DNA from: Chiloscyllium plagiosum
Lineage: Eukaryota
Direction: 5' to 3'
NCBI RefSeq assembly: GCF_004010195.1
Contig: NC_057755.1
Coordinates: 10,456,954 to 10,520,953 of the forward strand
DNA length: 64,000 bases
In this document: one piece after another, positions 37,451 to 50,100 of the stretch
Layout of the letters: each line of letters starts with the position of its first letter
Numbering within the stretch: position 1 is the stretch's first letter
Made by a program: the position numbers and the translations under genes
The notes under the pieces: generated by a model
What the model was told of the DNA's origin: nothing
Database searches by the model: none
Seen by the model: only the letters and a program-made list of their open reading frames with translations

Positions 37451-38312
37451 AGTAGCAGCAGACCTGCAATAAATCCGATGTTATAACTTTTAAATCTCAG
37501 GTGATGCCTTTAGTTCGAGATTCTACAACCAGTGGAAATAGTTTAGCTTTATCTACCCTGTTCATCAGGTGATGGAGCGGCACTCAAAAGCTTGTGATTT
37601 CAAATAAACCTGTTTGCAAATAACCTGGTGTAGTTGGATTCTTACATCGTCAGTCCAACAGTCCAACACCAGCACCTCCACTTCATGGCCAGTGGGAGAG
37701 GAAGAAGCCGGTACAATTACAACATTTAGAAAACATTCAGACAGGTATTTGGGTAGGAAATGTTTAATGTGATGTGAGCCAAACTCAGACAAATGGAAGT
37801 GCATCGGTTCAGGAAACTTGTTTGCTGTAGATGAGCTGGGCCGCCGATCTTGTTTCCATACTGTATGAGACTAATTTTGCTCGATGGTGATCAGTCACTA
37901 TACTATTTAATGACAGAGCACGCTTGAATTGCTGAATGACGTCCTCTTGTTACTCGTCACGTTTATTGTATCCCTCTTTATTGTTGTTTGGTCACATTTC
38001 ATTAATTATTGACACTTTCACAATGTCCAGCTTCCTATTTATATCATTTTTTACAAAGTGTTGCTTATTTGACGGTTAGCCTGAAACTTTAAGATCATTC
38101 TTCTTCATTGTGGTATATCTGTGTTAAAAACCATTACCATCTGCTATTGTTCCTCACTGTCTTTTGTGGTAACATTCTTTCCCAATGCACCATATCAGAC
38201 CTTAACTTTGTTCCTTTGTAACAGCACTTGATAAATTTTCACATAATTAATAACAAATACCATTTCTCATTCCGGAAATGAATGTTAAATTTGAACCATG
38301 TTACTGTCACCA

Positions 38313-39112
38313 CAGCAGTAGAATCAGGCCAAAGCTGCAGCAGTGGAGTAAAGCTCAAGGAGGCAGCATTGGAAAAATACCCATTCAGCAGCAGTGGATT
38401 CAGGCGCAGTCTGCAGAAGTGGAGCCAGGTCCAGCTACAGCACTGGAATCAGGTTAAAGCTGCAGCAGTGGAGTAAAGCCCAAGGAGGCAGCATTGGAAA
38501 AATGCCAACGGAGCAGCAGTGGAGTCAGGCCCAGGCTGCAGCAGTGGAGTCAGTCCCAGGCTGCAGCAGTGGAGTCAGGCCCAGGTTGCAGCAGTGGGGT
38601 CAGGCCGAGGCAGCAGCAGTGGAATCAGGTCCAGCTAAAGCAGCGGAGTAAGGCACCACTGCAGCAGTGGATTCAGGCCCAGGCTGCAGCAGTGGAGTCA
38701 GGCCCAGGTTGCAGCAGTGGATTCAGGTCCAGGCTGCAGCAGTGGAGTCAGGTCCAGACTGCAGCAGTGGAGTCAGGCCCAAGCTGCAGCAGTGGAGCCA
38801 GACCTAGGCTGTAGCAGTGCGGTCAGGCCCAGGCTGCAGCAGTTGGATCAGGCCCAGACTGCAGCAGTGCGGTCAGGCCCAAGCTGCAGCAGTAGAGTCA
38901 GGCCCAGCTTGCAGCAATGGGGTCAGGCCCAGGTTGCAGCACTGGGGTCAGGCCCAGCTGCAGCAGTGAAGTCAGGCCCAGGTTGCAGCAGTGGGTCAGG
39001 TCCAGCTGCAGCAGTGAAGTCAGGCCCAGGTTGCAGCATTGGAATCATTACCATGCACCAGCAGTGAAATCAGGGATAGGCTGCAGCAGTGGAGTCCGGA
39101 TGTGGCTGCAGG
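38313..39112 (+). repeat. Minisatellite, 24-25 bp unit GCAGCAGTGGAGTCAGGCCCAGGCT, about 30 copies
   Basis: Directly visible tandem array. Confidence 0.95.
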
Positions 39113-39124
39113 AGTGGTGTCAAG

Positions 39125-39390
39125 TCCATGCATTTTCTCCCCGTGCCTGTGTGAGTTTTCTCAGGGTGCTCCAGTTTCCTCTCATAGAACAAAGATGTAC
39201 ACGTTAGGTGAATGGGCCATGCTAAATTGCCCATAGTGTTCAGTGATTTGTACGTTAGGGTAGATTAGTCAGGGATAAAAGAGAATAATATGATAGGGAA
39301 TGGGTGTGGTTGGGTTATTGTTCACAGGTCGGTGTGGACATGTTGGACCGAAGGGCCTGTTTCCATGCTGAGGGAATTCTGTGACTTTAT
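39125..39390 (+). mobile_element. HE1-type SINE lacking its head
   Basis: V domain and tail ggaccgaagggcctgtttcc. Confidence 0.78.
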
Positions 39391-39518
39391 GAAAATTCAG
39401 CAGGAATCTGAAGCAATAATAAGCTAATCTGCTGACACTTTTATGGCTTAATTCATCCCAAATAAATGCTTGGTCTTCTTGGGAATGATGAAATTGTTGA
39501 TCATGATTTTGTCCACAG

Positions 39519-39615
39519 GTCGGAAATGACCTTCAATCCCAAGATGAAGAACAAGATCATGATATTTAAGATGAAGAAGAGATAATAATGAATAAATCAG
39601 TTAAAGCCAATAAAG
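39519..39615 (+). other. Candidate orphan exon (acidic VGNDLQSQDEEQDHDI*DEEEIIMNKSVKANK)
   Basis: ttttgtccacAG acceptor and AAG|GTGAGG donor around purine-rich sequence. It has one stop, or alternatively contains a start codon (MNKSVKANK, phase-1 end). Confidence 0.4.
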
Positions 39616-39889
39616 GTGAGGCTAACTCTGATTGAGATAATGCTAATATTCACATATTCATCAATAAAACAGAGGAAACATTGTTTTTCATTGCTCGTTA
39701 CCAGGCAGAGGGTGAAACTGGCTACAACCAGCATTAATTGTGCATTCTCTCCTTGACCAGAGGACAGCTAAGTGTTAACTACATTGCTGTGGTCTGGAGT
39801 CCTGACTAGGCCTGAGCAGGTAAGGACATCAGATTCCTTCCCAAAAGTGCATTAGTAACTCAGAGGGGTCCCTCCTAACAATTGTAAAC

Positions 39890-41060
39890 TCATGTAGACA
39901 TACAGCACAGAACCAGACCATTCGGTGCAACCAGTCTCTGCTGACCATAAACCCAAACTGAACTAATTCCACCTGGCTGGGCTTGGCCCATATTCCTCCC
40001 AATCTTTCTTATTCATCAACTTATCCAAATGTCTGTTAACTTTTGTACTTGTCCCTATATGCACCACATCCCTGGCAGTTCATTCAATACTATGTTAAAA
40101 CGTCCGTCATGTTTTGTTTAAATCTTTCCCCTCTCACGTTAAAAAATATGCTCCCAGTCTTAAAATCCACCACACGAGTGAAAAGGTACCTGCCTTTCAC
40201 CTTACCTAGACCCTTCATGATTTTATAAACCTCTGAAGTCACCCCTCAACCTCCTATGATCCAATGAAAAGAGTCCCAGTCTCTCCGTATAACACAAATC
40301 TTCCATTTATGGTAAATATCTTCAGAACCCTCTCCAGCTGAATAACACCCTTCCCAGAACAAGGTGACAAGAATTTTGCACAGTACTCCAGAGAAGCCTC
40401 ACCAATATCTGTCTGTACAACCTCAACATGACGTCCCAACTTGAATACTCAAAGTTCGGAGCAATGAAGGAAAGCATGATAAACACCTTCTTAACAACCC
40501 TGTCTAACCGTGACGCAAAGAATTATATACCTGAACCCATGGGTCTCTCTCTGGTCTACAACAATATCTAAGGCCCTGCTTTTAATTTGTAAGTCTTGCC
40601 GTTGTTTGTTTTACCAAAATGCAATACCTTGCAGTTATTCAAATTAAATTCCCTCTGCTCCGCTTCAGCCCATTGAACTAGTTGATGAATATTTCATTGT
40701 AATCGAAAATAACCTTTTTCACCAGTCTCGGTGTCACCCACAAACTTCATAAGCAGGACTTATATATTCTCATTTAAATAATAATAATGACAAACAAAAG
40801 AGGGCCCAGCATCAATCCCCGTGGGACACCACTTGTCACAGGCCTCCAGTCCGAATAACAATCTTCTGCAATGACTCTCTGTCTTCTATAGTGAAGAAAA
40901 TTTTATATTCAATTGGCAAGCTCATCCTGAATCCCATGTGATCGAACATTACTAATTAGCCGACCATGTCAAATGCTCTTCTCAAGTCCAAGAAAGCAGC
41001 GTTTACTGCTCTGCTCTTATCAATCTTGTCGATTACTTCTTGAAAACCTCAATCAAATAA
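39890..41060 (-). mobile_element. CR1 LINE, degenerate
   Basis: 3' tail at the left end. SLEYCAKFLSP and the reverse complement of the GVPxGSxLGP region near 40800-40840. Confidence 0.85.
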
Positions 41061-41119
41061 TCCAGGTAATGACAGAATGTTTAAGATATCAAAGGGTGTA
41101 GACACATAATTCTTTGAAA

Positions 41120-41712
41120 TTTGAGTTAAAGGTAGACAGGGATGCTAACGATGTGTTTGGAACACTTCACTTCACTACTCAGAAATTTGAGTCCGGGAGT
41201 ATTTTTAAGCATAATGCTGAGGTTGTACAGGACATTGGTTAGGCTCTTCTGGAGTTCTGTGTGAATTCTGGGTTCCCAATTATAGGAAGGATAGCAGTAA
41301 ACTGGAGAGAGTTCAGAAAAGATTAATAAGGATGGTCCTGGGAATGGAAGGTTCACTGGAGTGCAGGTTTTTGTAAATCGTGTAGATAAGGTGAATAGCA
41401 AAGATCTTTTCCCTCCGGTGGGAGAGTGAACATTTGTTCAGCTGAGAAGAAAAATAATTGAGTAGGCATGAAAGATAATATTTTTACCCAGAGCGCAGTC
41501 AGTTTGTGGAAAGGACTGCTGGAGGAAGTGGCGGATGTGGGTACAGTTACAACGTTTTAAAGGCATTTGGGTAACCCCATTAGTCGGAAAAGTTTGGAAG
41601 GCTGTGGGCCAGTAGCAGGCAGTGGGAGTAGTTTAGTTGGGATGAATGTTGGCATGGACTGGTTGGACTAAAGAGCCTGATTCCGTGCTGTATGAACCTG
41701 ACTATATGACTT
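41120..41712 (+). mobile_element. CR1 LINE 3' portion
   Basis: ctgaggttgtacaggacattggttaggc...ctggagagagttcagaaaaga followed by the 3' UTR. Confidence 0.82.
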
Positions 41713-42496
41713 AGCTTCAAATTGGTGAGAGAAGAAGACAATTGAATGTTCCTGTGTAATAGAAGGCATCTAGAAAGTGAACGTTCAATGGAGAATAGTG
41801 AGGCTAAATGTGAAATGGAAAGGACACCTCCTCCACACTTCCAAGTGAGTGCAGCGAATTACTAGAGGTGGTATCCTAGTGGAAATATATGTGAAATATA
41901 TTTGCACTTTCAAAAGACTGACAGGATCATTGTATAGTTCATAAGAACTTGGAGGTTCAGGGATTTGGGTGACACACAAAGTATTGGATAGAAACGTAAC
42001 CACAACGCATGGTGTAGGTTACATTATTGTGGCTCAGTGTTGCAGATAGACTCATGTCAGATCTGTGCTTTGGCAACCTTTGTGTATAATCAGTTGAACA
42101 CAGCTTTGGAATTTGAATTTTTTCTAAAATCACTGAAACATAGCTGGAAGGAGAACAGATCATAGTCACAAAGTTATTTCACTGTTGAATCCAGCTGGTC
42201 CTGCGGGACCTCTGTAGGAGCATTCTGCCAAATGGAATCTCCCAAGTCTTCCATTTGCCCGACAGTTCGCCCATTTCAGGCTGCTGAACAGTTCCTTTTC
42301 AAAGTTGCAATTCAACTGTCACTAGCAAACCTCTTAAAAGAGGTCATTCAGTTCAGGATACAAAATATTGAGCCCACAGCAACTGCTTTCAAAATGGAGT
42401 CAATGTAATATCGATGAGCAATGATATGAAAGATTCTGTAATGACTCTCTAATGATAAAGAATGTGAGGACCGGGAGTTAACAAGATCAGAAACTG

Positions 42497-42630
42497 ACCA
42501 CGCTAAATTGCCCGTCGTGTTAGGTGCAGAGGTAAATGTCGGGGAATGGGTCTGGGTGGGTGGCGCATCGGCGCGTCAGTGCGGAATTGTTGGGCTGAAG
42601 GTCCTGTTTCCACACTGTAAGTAATCTAGC
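42497..42630 (+). mobile_element. HE1 SINE 3' fragment
   Basis: gctaaattgcccgtcgtgttagg...cctgtttccacactgtaagtaatcta. Confidence 0.75.
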
Positions 42631-43729
42631 AATCTAGGTACTTGCCAGGCTCTCAATGCACATTCCACTGGGTTTGCAGTGAAGAGCGGAAAGGGTTTGA
42701 GCAAGTGAAACTCAGTTTCCTTGTCAAAGAGGGCAGGTGGTGTATTATTGGTATTATTGTTGGAGGGCTTATCCAGACTCCCAACCGTACAGATGTGGTG
42801 ACTATGAAGTAGTTGTTAGGGTAATAAACACTGGCCGAGCCAGTGAGAGCCCTCTATCATGTAAGCAACTCATACCTTAAATGTCCGTATGTTGGAAATG
42901 GTTGAATGCAGAAGGTTCTCAGAGTCTCTACACTAGCAGGAGGCTGAACAGGGAGGTTGACCTGGATAAGAGGCACCTTAACTGTTTTTTTCTCTCTCCA
43001 CAGACTCTGCCAGAGCTGCTGGGTTTCTCCAGCACTTTTTGACTTTTTCTCTCAGTTCACACTGAAAACGCCGAGTTGGATAAAGGAGAGAGGTAAAGAA
43101 AAGGGAGGAGTTGTACCCAGGTTTCTCGCTAGACTGGATTTCTCAAAATCCATCGACTGTAAATGATGTGCGTCTGAAGGTTACAGTTGAGGATGGAGAA
43201 ATACAGGAGCTGTATGAATATATTCCTAAGGGAATATTGCTAGGTCACCAGATGATCTTATGTTTATGCGATTGATCAAGACATTAATGTTAACTTCAAC
43301 GAACACTAGTGATAATAATTATTTTGTTTACATTGATATGAGTAACATCCATGACCACAGTATATCTTCTCATTACTCTGAAGACTCCTCCACAATATAG
43401 CAGACCTCCACTAATGGACTGCACTGCTCGTCTCGGCCCATTGTTGCTTTAAGAATGCCTTGGAATTGGGATTGAACCAACATTTGTTGCTCGTGTTTGT
43501 TGATAGATCTGCCCTCCCCAAGACAAGCTCAAGCAATGCAATTGAAAATAATGTTGTTCATGTTTTTTGTAGATTTGGACTGGGTGCAGATGAAGGAGAC
43601 TTTTTTCCATATTTTGCTGTGATCGAATTGCTGAACCCTGAACGTAAGAAACCTAATAATAAATCATTAATAATGATTTTCAGTGTGAACTGGTAGACAA
43701 AACCAAAAAGTACTGGAGAAACTCAGCAG

Positions 43730-43988
43730 ATGCAGGGGATCACCACCCCCTGCAGCTTCCCTTCCAAGTCATTAGCCATCCTGACTTGGAAATATGTGAT
43801 CGATCCTTCAGTGTCTCTGCGTCAAAATCCTATACTTCCCTACACAAAGGCATGGTGGGTCAACCCACAACACCTGGTATGCAGCGGGTTAAGAATACAG
43901 CTCAACCCCACCTTGTCAAGAGGGCAATTAGGGGTAATAAATACTGGACCCAGCTAGTAATGCCTATCTTTAACAAATAAATAAAATA
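43730..43988 (+). mobile_element. LINE 3' end (inverse relative at about 24625-24745)
   Basis: atcctgacttggaaatat...cagctcaaccccaccttgtcaagagggcaattagg...aataaa, with an A-rich tail. Confidence 0.65.
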
Positions 43989-44204
43989 ACAACAAAGGAT
44001 CTATCTTGTTTCATGCAATCTCATGGATACTTTTCTTTTTAAAATGTATGATGGAAGAAGGAACAGAGGATTTCAAGAACATCTTTCTAGTCAGCAGGAC
44101 TGACAGCATCTGTGGAGAGTGAAGCAGAGTTAATGTTTTGATTCAAGTGACCCTTCATGATCACTGTCTTCTGAATACCGTAAACCTCCAATCTGCCTTC
44201 TCCT

Positions 44205-44660
44205 CTTACCAAGAGGGCCTGGCTGTGGAGGAGGCAGTGACAAGGGTAGGCCTTTACTCAGTGGAATGCAGAAGGAAGAGAGGAGACCTTATTGAAACAT
44301 ACTACATTCTTAGGGAACTTAAGAGAGTAGATGTGGAGAGATTGGTTCCCCTTTTGGGAGAGTCTAGCAATAGAGGGTATAATCCCAGAACAAGGAGTTG
44401 TACGTATAATACAGAAATGAGCAGTAATTTCTTCTTTCAAAAGGCAGTGAACCTCTGGAATTCTTTACTGTATCGGGCTGTCAAAGTTGGGTCATTAAGT
44501 ATATTCAAGGCTGAGAGAGACATATTTTAATCAGGAAGGGAATGAAGAGTTCTGGGGAAAAGGCAGAAAAGTGGAGTTGAGGCTTGTGAGATGAGACATG
44601 ATCTCATTGAGTGACGGAGATTACATGAAAGGGCAGTTACCTACGTCTGTATCTAATTTG
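44205..44660 (+). mobile_element. CR1 3' fragment
   Basis: GLYSVECRRKRGDLIETY...VNLWNSL. Confidence 0.85.
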
Positions 44661-46474
44661 GATTTTAAAACCTGTCATTTCCTTATTTTTCAAAATACTT
44701 TCCTCAAATACATTCTCCAGAAAACCAGTTAATGAAAATATTGCTTTTATGTTCAATAATGCCGATAGATACACTTATTCTCTGTTGTTATATTTCTTCC
44801 TATTTTGATTTCCTCAAAAACAAGTTTCCTTTTTTTATAAGCCACTTAAAAAATAAGTCCTTGCAACGTTCCTACTCCTTTACATCCTTCTTACATTGGC
44901 AATAACTGTGTTTTCAATGTTTAAATTCTTCAGTTCACTTCATGCAGTATTCCATTGCAAACATTTGTTCTTGTTAAATTGTACTTGTGCTGTGTATTCT
45001 GAAATATCTTCTCAACTGTCTGACACAATGTCTGGACTAAACCTCGTGCATGACCTAATTCAAAAATTCACTACATCCTGGTGTCCTCACAGTTGGCCTG
45101 TTTAAGGTGAAATCTCCAACTTTAGGTCCACTCATTTCCCTCTCAAACCTGAAATGATATCTAATAATGTTGCGTTGACTGCTATCAAGGGGTGCCTTCA
45201 CATTGGAGTTATGAATAACCCTGTGGCATTGCAGCGTTAGCAGAGCTAACATTGTCTGATATCTAGTAAGCTGTAGAATGTGTTGCTCTTTGAATGTGTG
45301 CCACAATCAGATATTGGGTTCTTATTTAATCTCCTTTCAGATAAAAACAAGATCTGAAGATGATAGGCACCTACAACAAACAAAAATCGAAATTACAGGG
45401 GAAACTGAGCAGGTGTGGCAATACCTGTGCGGAAAGAAATGGAGTTGAACTCTGCATTTTCTCCTGCAAATGCTACTAACCTAAACTACCTAAATAACTG
45501 GTGTATAAACAAATTAAAATCACCTATGACTCGAGAGTATCTTTCACACAGTCATCGTTATTTCTTCCCAAATGTTTCATAGATGATGGTGCATGCACAG
45601 AATGAGCTGTCAGAAGAAATATTGGAGGATGGTCCAATTACAACATTTAAGAGGCATCTGGATGGATATATGAATAGAAATGTTTTAGAGCAATATGGGA
45701 TAAATGCTGATAAATGTGGTCAATGAGGAAGGTTATCAGGAATTGCAGCAGGACCTTGCTCAGCTAGGGAAATTGGCTGAGATGGCAAATAGATTTTAAT
45801 ATGGATAAATGTGAAGGCTTGCATTTTGGAAAGTCAAATCAAGTTCAGAGTTTCAAAGTGAGTGACAAGGCCTTAAGGAGAGCAGTAACAGTTAGACAGA
45901 GCCGCAAAGAAGGCTCTTAGCTCACTGGCTTCCATCAGTCTACCCTCTGACCCTGTGATCCACAAACCAATTTCCTAACAACACCGTCCCTTCACTCTCT
46001 CATCTCGAACCAAACTGATTCAACATCTTGATTTGAATGCTCTGGCTCTCTCTCCATTGTATCAATAACATCTTTAGTTAACAGCTACACACACCTGACT
46101 TTCCCTCAACTTTGTGTCATTCAGAGAGGGCTATAGCCCCGGCTATTCAGGTTGTCATTTTGTCTAAGTGTTCTCAGTTCTGGATCCCACTTCTTATTGA
46201 TTCCTTGTTTGATTTTTATGTTCTCGGATTGTGAGAAACTAAATATTACATTGAAACTCAATGTCTGATTGTCACACTTGCTGGAAGAAAATGTTTCAGC
46301 ACAGCACAGTGGGATAATTTTCACATTGAAAATTTTAATTATTTTGATTATCTCATAGCAATGTTATTTTTCTTTAATCTGATATATACAAAACAGCTGA
46401 CTTGACTCTACTGAATGCTTGTAGCTAACGCTAATTATGATTTCATCACTGGCTGCCTGGAGAATCAAAGCTTC

Positions 46475-46480
46475 TATAAA
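46475..46480 (+). promoter_or_regulatory. Candidate TATA box of the GPR139-like pseudogene (candidate AATAAA at 47744-47749)
   Basis: TATAAA about 65 nt upstream of the ATG at 46543. Support is positional only. Confidence 0.35.
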
Positions 46481-46542
46481 CAAAGGGTTATATTCATTGC
46501 CTCAGTTGTGCACCAGCTAGATGCTTCAATTCCCACCAGAAG

Positions 46543-47620
46543 ATGGGACAACCAGTTATTCTGTTGATAAAAGCCATTTCTTATCTAACACTGGTAGCCA
46601 TTGGTGTTGCCAGTAAACATTTCAAATTAATTTGTTCCTTGACATTTGTTGGATAATGTCAAAGGATGCAGTTCTTTCCTGGCAATGAATTGAAACATTG
46701 TCACCTTCTTCTGTTTTTTCCTTCCAGCAACCACCCTGACAATTGTGATTCTTTGCAGGAGAAACTGAAGCCTTTCCAGATGTACCTCTGTCTATATGTT
46801 GGACATTTCAATTGCAGATCTACTGTCATTATCAACAATGTGCTGCTATCCATGTTATCAGTTATACTGTTCCCCTTTCATTCCTGTCACTCACTTCAAT
46901 ATGTAAGTTACTACTGTATATAGCACCTTCACAATTGATGTGTCTGGTTCACCGTTTCTTTCAATTTGACCGATTTGTAATGATCTGCTGGCAAAGTTGT
47001 AAGGCAACGTATTTCACCAAGAGAACTGCGATTTTGGTTATAACAACCCTCTTTGTTGTGATTATGTTAAAGAAAATCCTCTTCTTATTTGCCTATGAAC
47101 ATCAGTGAGTAATTCACAAGCTGCAGTGGGGGTGTCAGATACATGTAGCACTTTTCTCCTCACCCCCAGGGGCTGCGTTTGCCAGGTTTCACACTGTGTG
47201 GATCGTCTGGATTCCCTTTACATAAATTGCTTTGTTCAATTCTATGACAATCAAGCACGTCTTGCTCAGTAGCAGAGTACAGAGCAGTCTGCGAGGTACC
47301 CACAGTGAGAATCATCGAGATCCAGAGATGGAGAACCGAAAGAAATCCATAATTTTCCTCTTTCTTACTGCTGTGGCTGACGGCGGTGATTAGTTTTGCA
47401 ACAACTAGAATGGTCAACAGCTGTTTAACGGAGGGGACCACACAAACCCTGGGTATATCGCCACGGAAACTGGAACAATGCTAAAATGTTTGAGCTCTTG
47501 CCCAGACACTTTATTTATGCTGCCACACAGGGGAAGTTCAGAGAGGAGCTGAAGAAGGTGCTGAACTCTCCGTGGCGACTGGTTTTCAGAATCATTCAAA
47601 GCCAAACAAGTGCAAAGTAG
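46543..47620 (+). pseudogene. GPR139-like class A GPCR pseudogene, two exons (46543-46612 and 46728-47620)
   Basis: Exon 1 reads MGQPVILLIKAISYLTLVAIGVA with donor GTAAAC. A 115-nt intron ends ttttttccttccAG. Exon 2 fragments: TLTIVILCRRN*SLSRCTSVYMLDISIADLL, FDRFVMIC (DRY equivalent), DPEMENRR, ETGTMLKCLSSC, IYAATQGKFREELKKVL...*. Stops at 46766, 47106 and about 47223, plus frameshifts. Recognised by recalled similarity to the expanded elasmobranch GPR139-like family. Confidence 0.85.
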
Positions 47621-48224
47621 ATTCTGTTATACTGATGTGGACCGGATTATGAGTGTCATTTTTCTGTTAGTAACATTAATAGTTCCTGGTCTGCTATCCT
47701 ACCACTCTTAGCTCTGAGTGCCAGCTATGAATGTGCATTTCCAAATAAAAGGAAGCAAAGTGTGGATGCAGAACATCTTAAACTTAAATAAAAACATCAA
47801 TCACTGAAGAAACCCAGCAGCGACTGGTGAAAGAAAGCCAAGTTAATGTTTCGAGTCCAGTGACCATTCTTTAGAACTGGACAATAAGGTTCCCTTCCTA
47901 CACTTACTGCCAGACCTAATGAGGATTTTATGAGCAATATCTGAGTTTAAGTTATTCAAAAGTTTGTTCCTGTTTTGTTTCCCAATGGAGCTCGTTGGGA
48001 ATAAAGGGTTTGGGGGCAGACTGGTGGATGCCACTGCTGTTACATTTTCTTACATTGCTCTTGTCTCGTGAGGTTATGTCCCCAGGAACATATTTTGTTC
48101 TTTTTGTGGTTAATGGCATGATGTTATGATGTTATTGTTACATTCTGAGAAAACAATTTGATTCCCTGACCACCCTAATGAGTATGCTTTACTGAAATAA
48201 AATCAATGAACAAACTTAAACAGA

Positions 48225-48600
48225 ATTATCTTTTATATCCAATGCTCCTAATGTGGTCTCCTCTATATCGGGAAGATAGGATGCCTGCTTGCATAACGCT
48301 TCAGAGAATATCTCTGAAACAACCTGTTCATCTTCCTTGCCACCTATCCATTCCTACCTGCTCACTGACATATCACCTTCACCCTCCACCTCCATCGACC
48401 TATCGCATTCTTGGCTACCTTTCCCCAGCCCCTCCCATTATCACTCAGCCCCGTTGGGTTATCCCCACATTCCAGATGAAAAGAACATGCTTGAAACGCC
48501 GATTCTCCTGCTCCTCGGATGCTGCCTGACCGGCTGTGCTTTTCCAGCACCACACTCTTCCACTCTGATCTCCAGCATCTTCCGTGTTCACTTCTTCCAG
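48225..48600 (+). mobile_element. Penelope fragment (GIY-YIG start fused to the 3' tail)
   Basis: tgtggtctcctctatatcggg (CGLLYIG) and tail ...gatgctgcctgaccggctgtgcttttccagc. Confidence 0.8.
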
Positions 48601-48659
48601 AAAACAAAATTGCACCAAGTCAGTCAGGTGCTCATGAATTTACAAAAACGAAATCGAAT

Positions 48660-50100
48660 AGATTGAGGCATGACCTCCCTCTGACAAAGCCATGCTGACT
48701 ATCCTCAATTAACCGGTGCCTTTCTAGTTGGGTATCAATTCTGTCCTTCAGAATTGTCTCCAATAAAATCCATGCCACTGATTCAAGACTCCAGTGTGTA
48801 ATTTCCTGCACTCATTTCTACTTTCTTGAAAAGTGGAATCATAGCAGCCATCCTCCAGTTCTCTGGCACATTTACCATGGCCAGAGAGGAGATACAAATC
48901 TGTGTGGGATACCCTTCAGTTTCCTGGCTCCCTTCCCACAGTGGCCTGAGGCGGAAATCACCCGGGCCAGGGGACTTGTCTGTTTCAAGCCCAACAAATA
49001 CTCTCCCATTCTCTCAGTCAAACTATGGAAGTTCCTCTCAGTCCCTTTTTCCTGAATTCCATCCCTATGTTCTTCTTTACCAAAGTGAAGACGAGGAGAA
49101 GCAAAATGTAACAACCTTGGAAAATCCTGCTGCTCACACACAAGCTGTTCCTTGGTCACTAAGGACCTTACTCTTTCCCTGGTAAGCCTCTTCCCTTTAA
49201 TGTATTTATAAAGCATTACAGCTCCCTCCAAAATCCTGTTTGCAAATCGTTTCACATGCCCCCTCGTTGTTCTTCTAACAGCATTCTTAAGTTCCCTCCT
49301 GCACATCCTGTATTCCTGTGGGGCTACACCTGAATTGCTAACTTTGGATTTGCTAAGAGCCCTGCTCTTCTCTCTCATCCAGTCCCGAATTGCCCTGGAC
49401 ATCCAGGATTCTCTGAAGTTATTTCTGTTACATGTCCCTCTGCAGATGCAACTTGGAGCTGTACCCTCCTGATTGAATGCCTATCATTGCTCTGCTGTAC
49501 AGTTACCCACAAGGAGATGTACTGATTCGGCTAGAAGCAGCTTTATTTTCATAACATTTGCCTTTCCTTAATCTAAAACCATTTCTTTGTGACCATCTTT
49601 TCTATGGTCCATAACAAATTTGAATCGTGTTGTGGATGCTATTGTTAAAATGCTCCCTCTATGCCGTTCAACATCGGACACTTGTCAGGTTTCAATCCCC
49701 AGAACTAGATATAGCACTGCACCATCTCTTTTATGTATTGTTAGCAAACACACTCTTCTGCATGCATTTCAAGAAATCCACTGCTCCTAACCCATGACTC
49801 TATGACTATCGCCCTTTAGGTTGTGAAAGGTGAAATTCCCCCAGATTGCTACCCGATGCTTACTTTGCGCACACGTCTGTGAGCTGTCTATATATTTGCT
49901 CCTCTACTTCCTGCCAGTTCTTCAGGGGTCTATAATACTTTCATAGTAAACTGGCTGCTCCCTTGACATTCTCAAGTTTGACTCACAAAGACTCTTTTGA
50001 GGATCCTTCCAAGATATTATCGCTCCTTATTGTAGTAATTGATATCTTCGTTAATTGTGGTACAACACCAAATATTTTCACACCCTCCTCTGTCTCACCT
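48660..50100 (-). mobile_element. Degenerate CR1 LINE
   Basis: Reverse complement of SQHGFVRGRSCL at 48665-48700, KSPGP, and LYKYIKGKR. Confidence 0.75.

Noticed and set aside
38313..39112. Possible CRISPR array
   Set aside because: The units are head-to-tail with no unique spacers, the context is a vertebrate genome, and there are no cas genes.
38282..39236. Overlapping Q/S/G/A-rich ORFs that look like a repetitive structural protein
   Set aside because: They are translations of a 25-bp minisatellite. The unit is not a multiple of three, and the same peptides rotate through all frames.
39890..41712. Twin-priming inversion of one CR1
   Set aside because: Both arms contain their own 3' end and overlapping coding regions, so they are two independent insertions.
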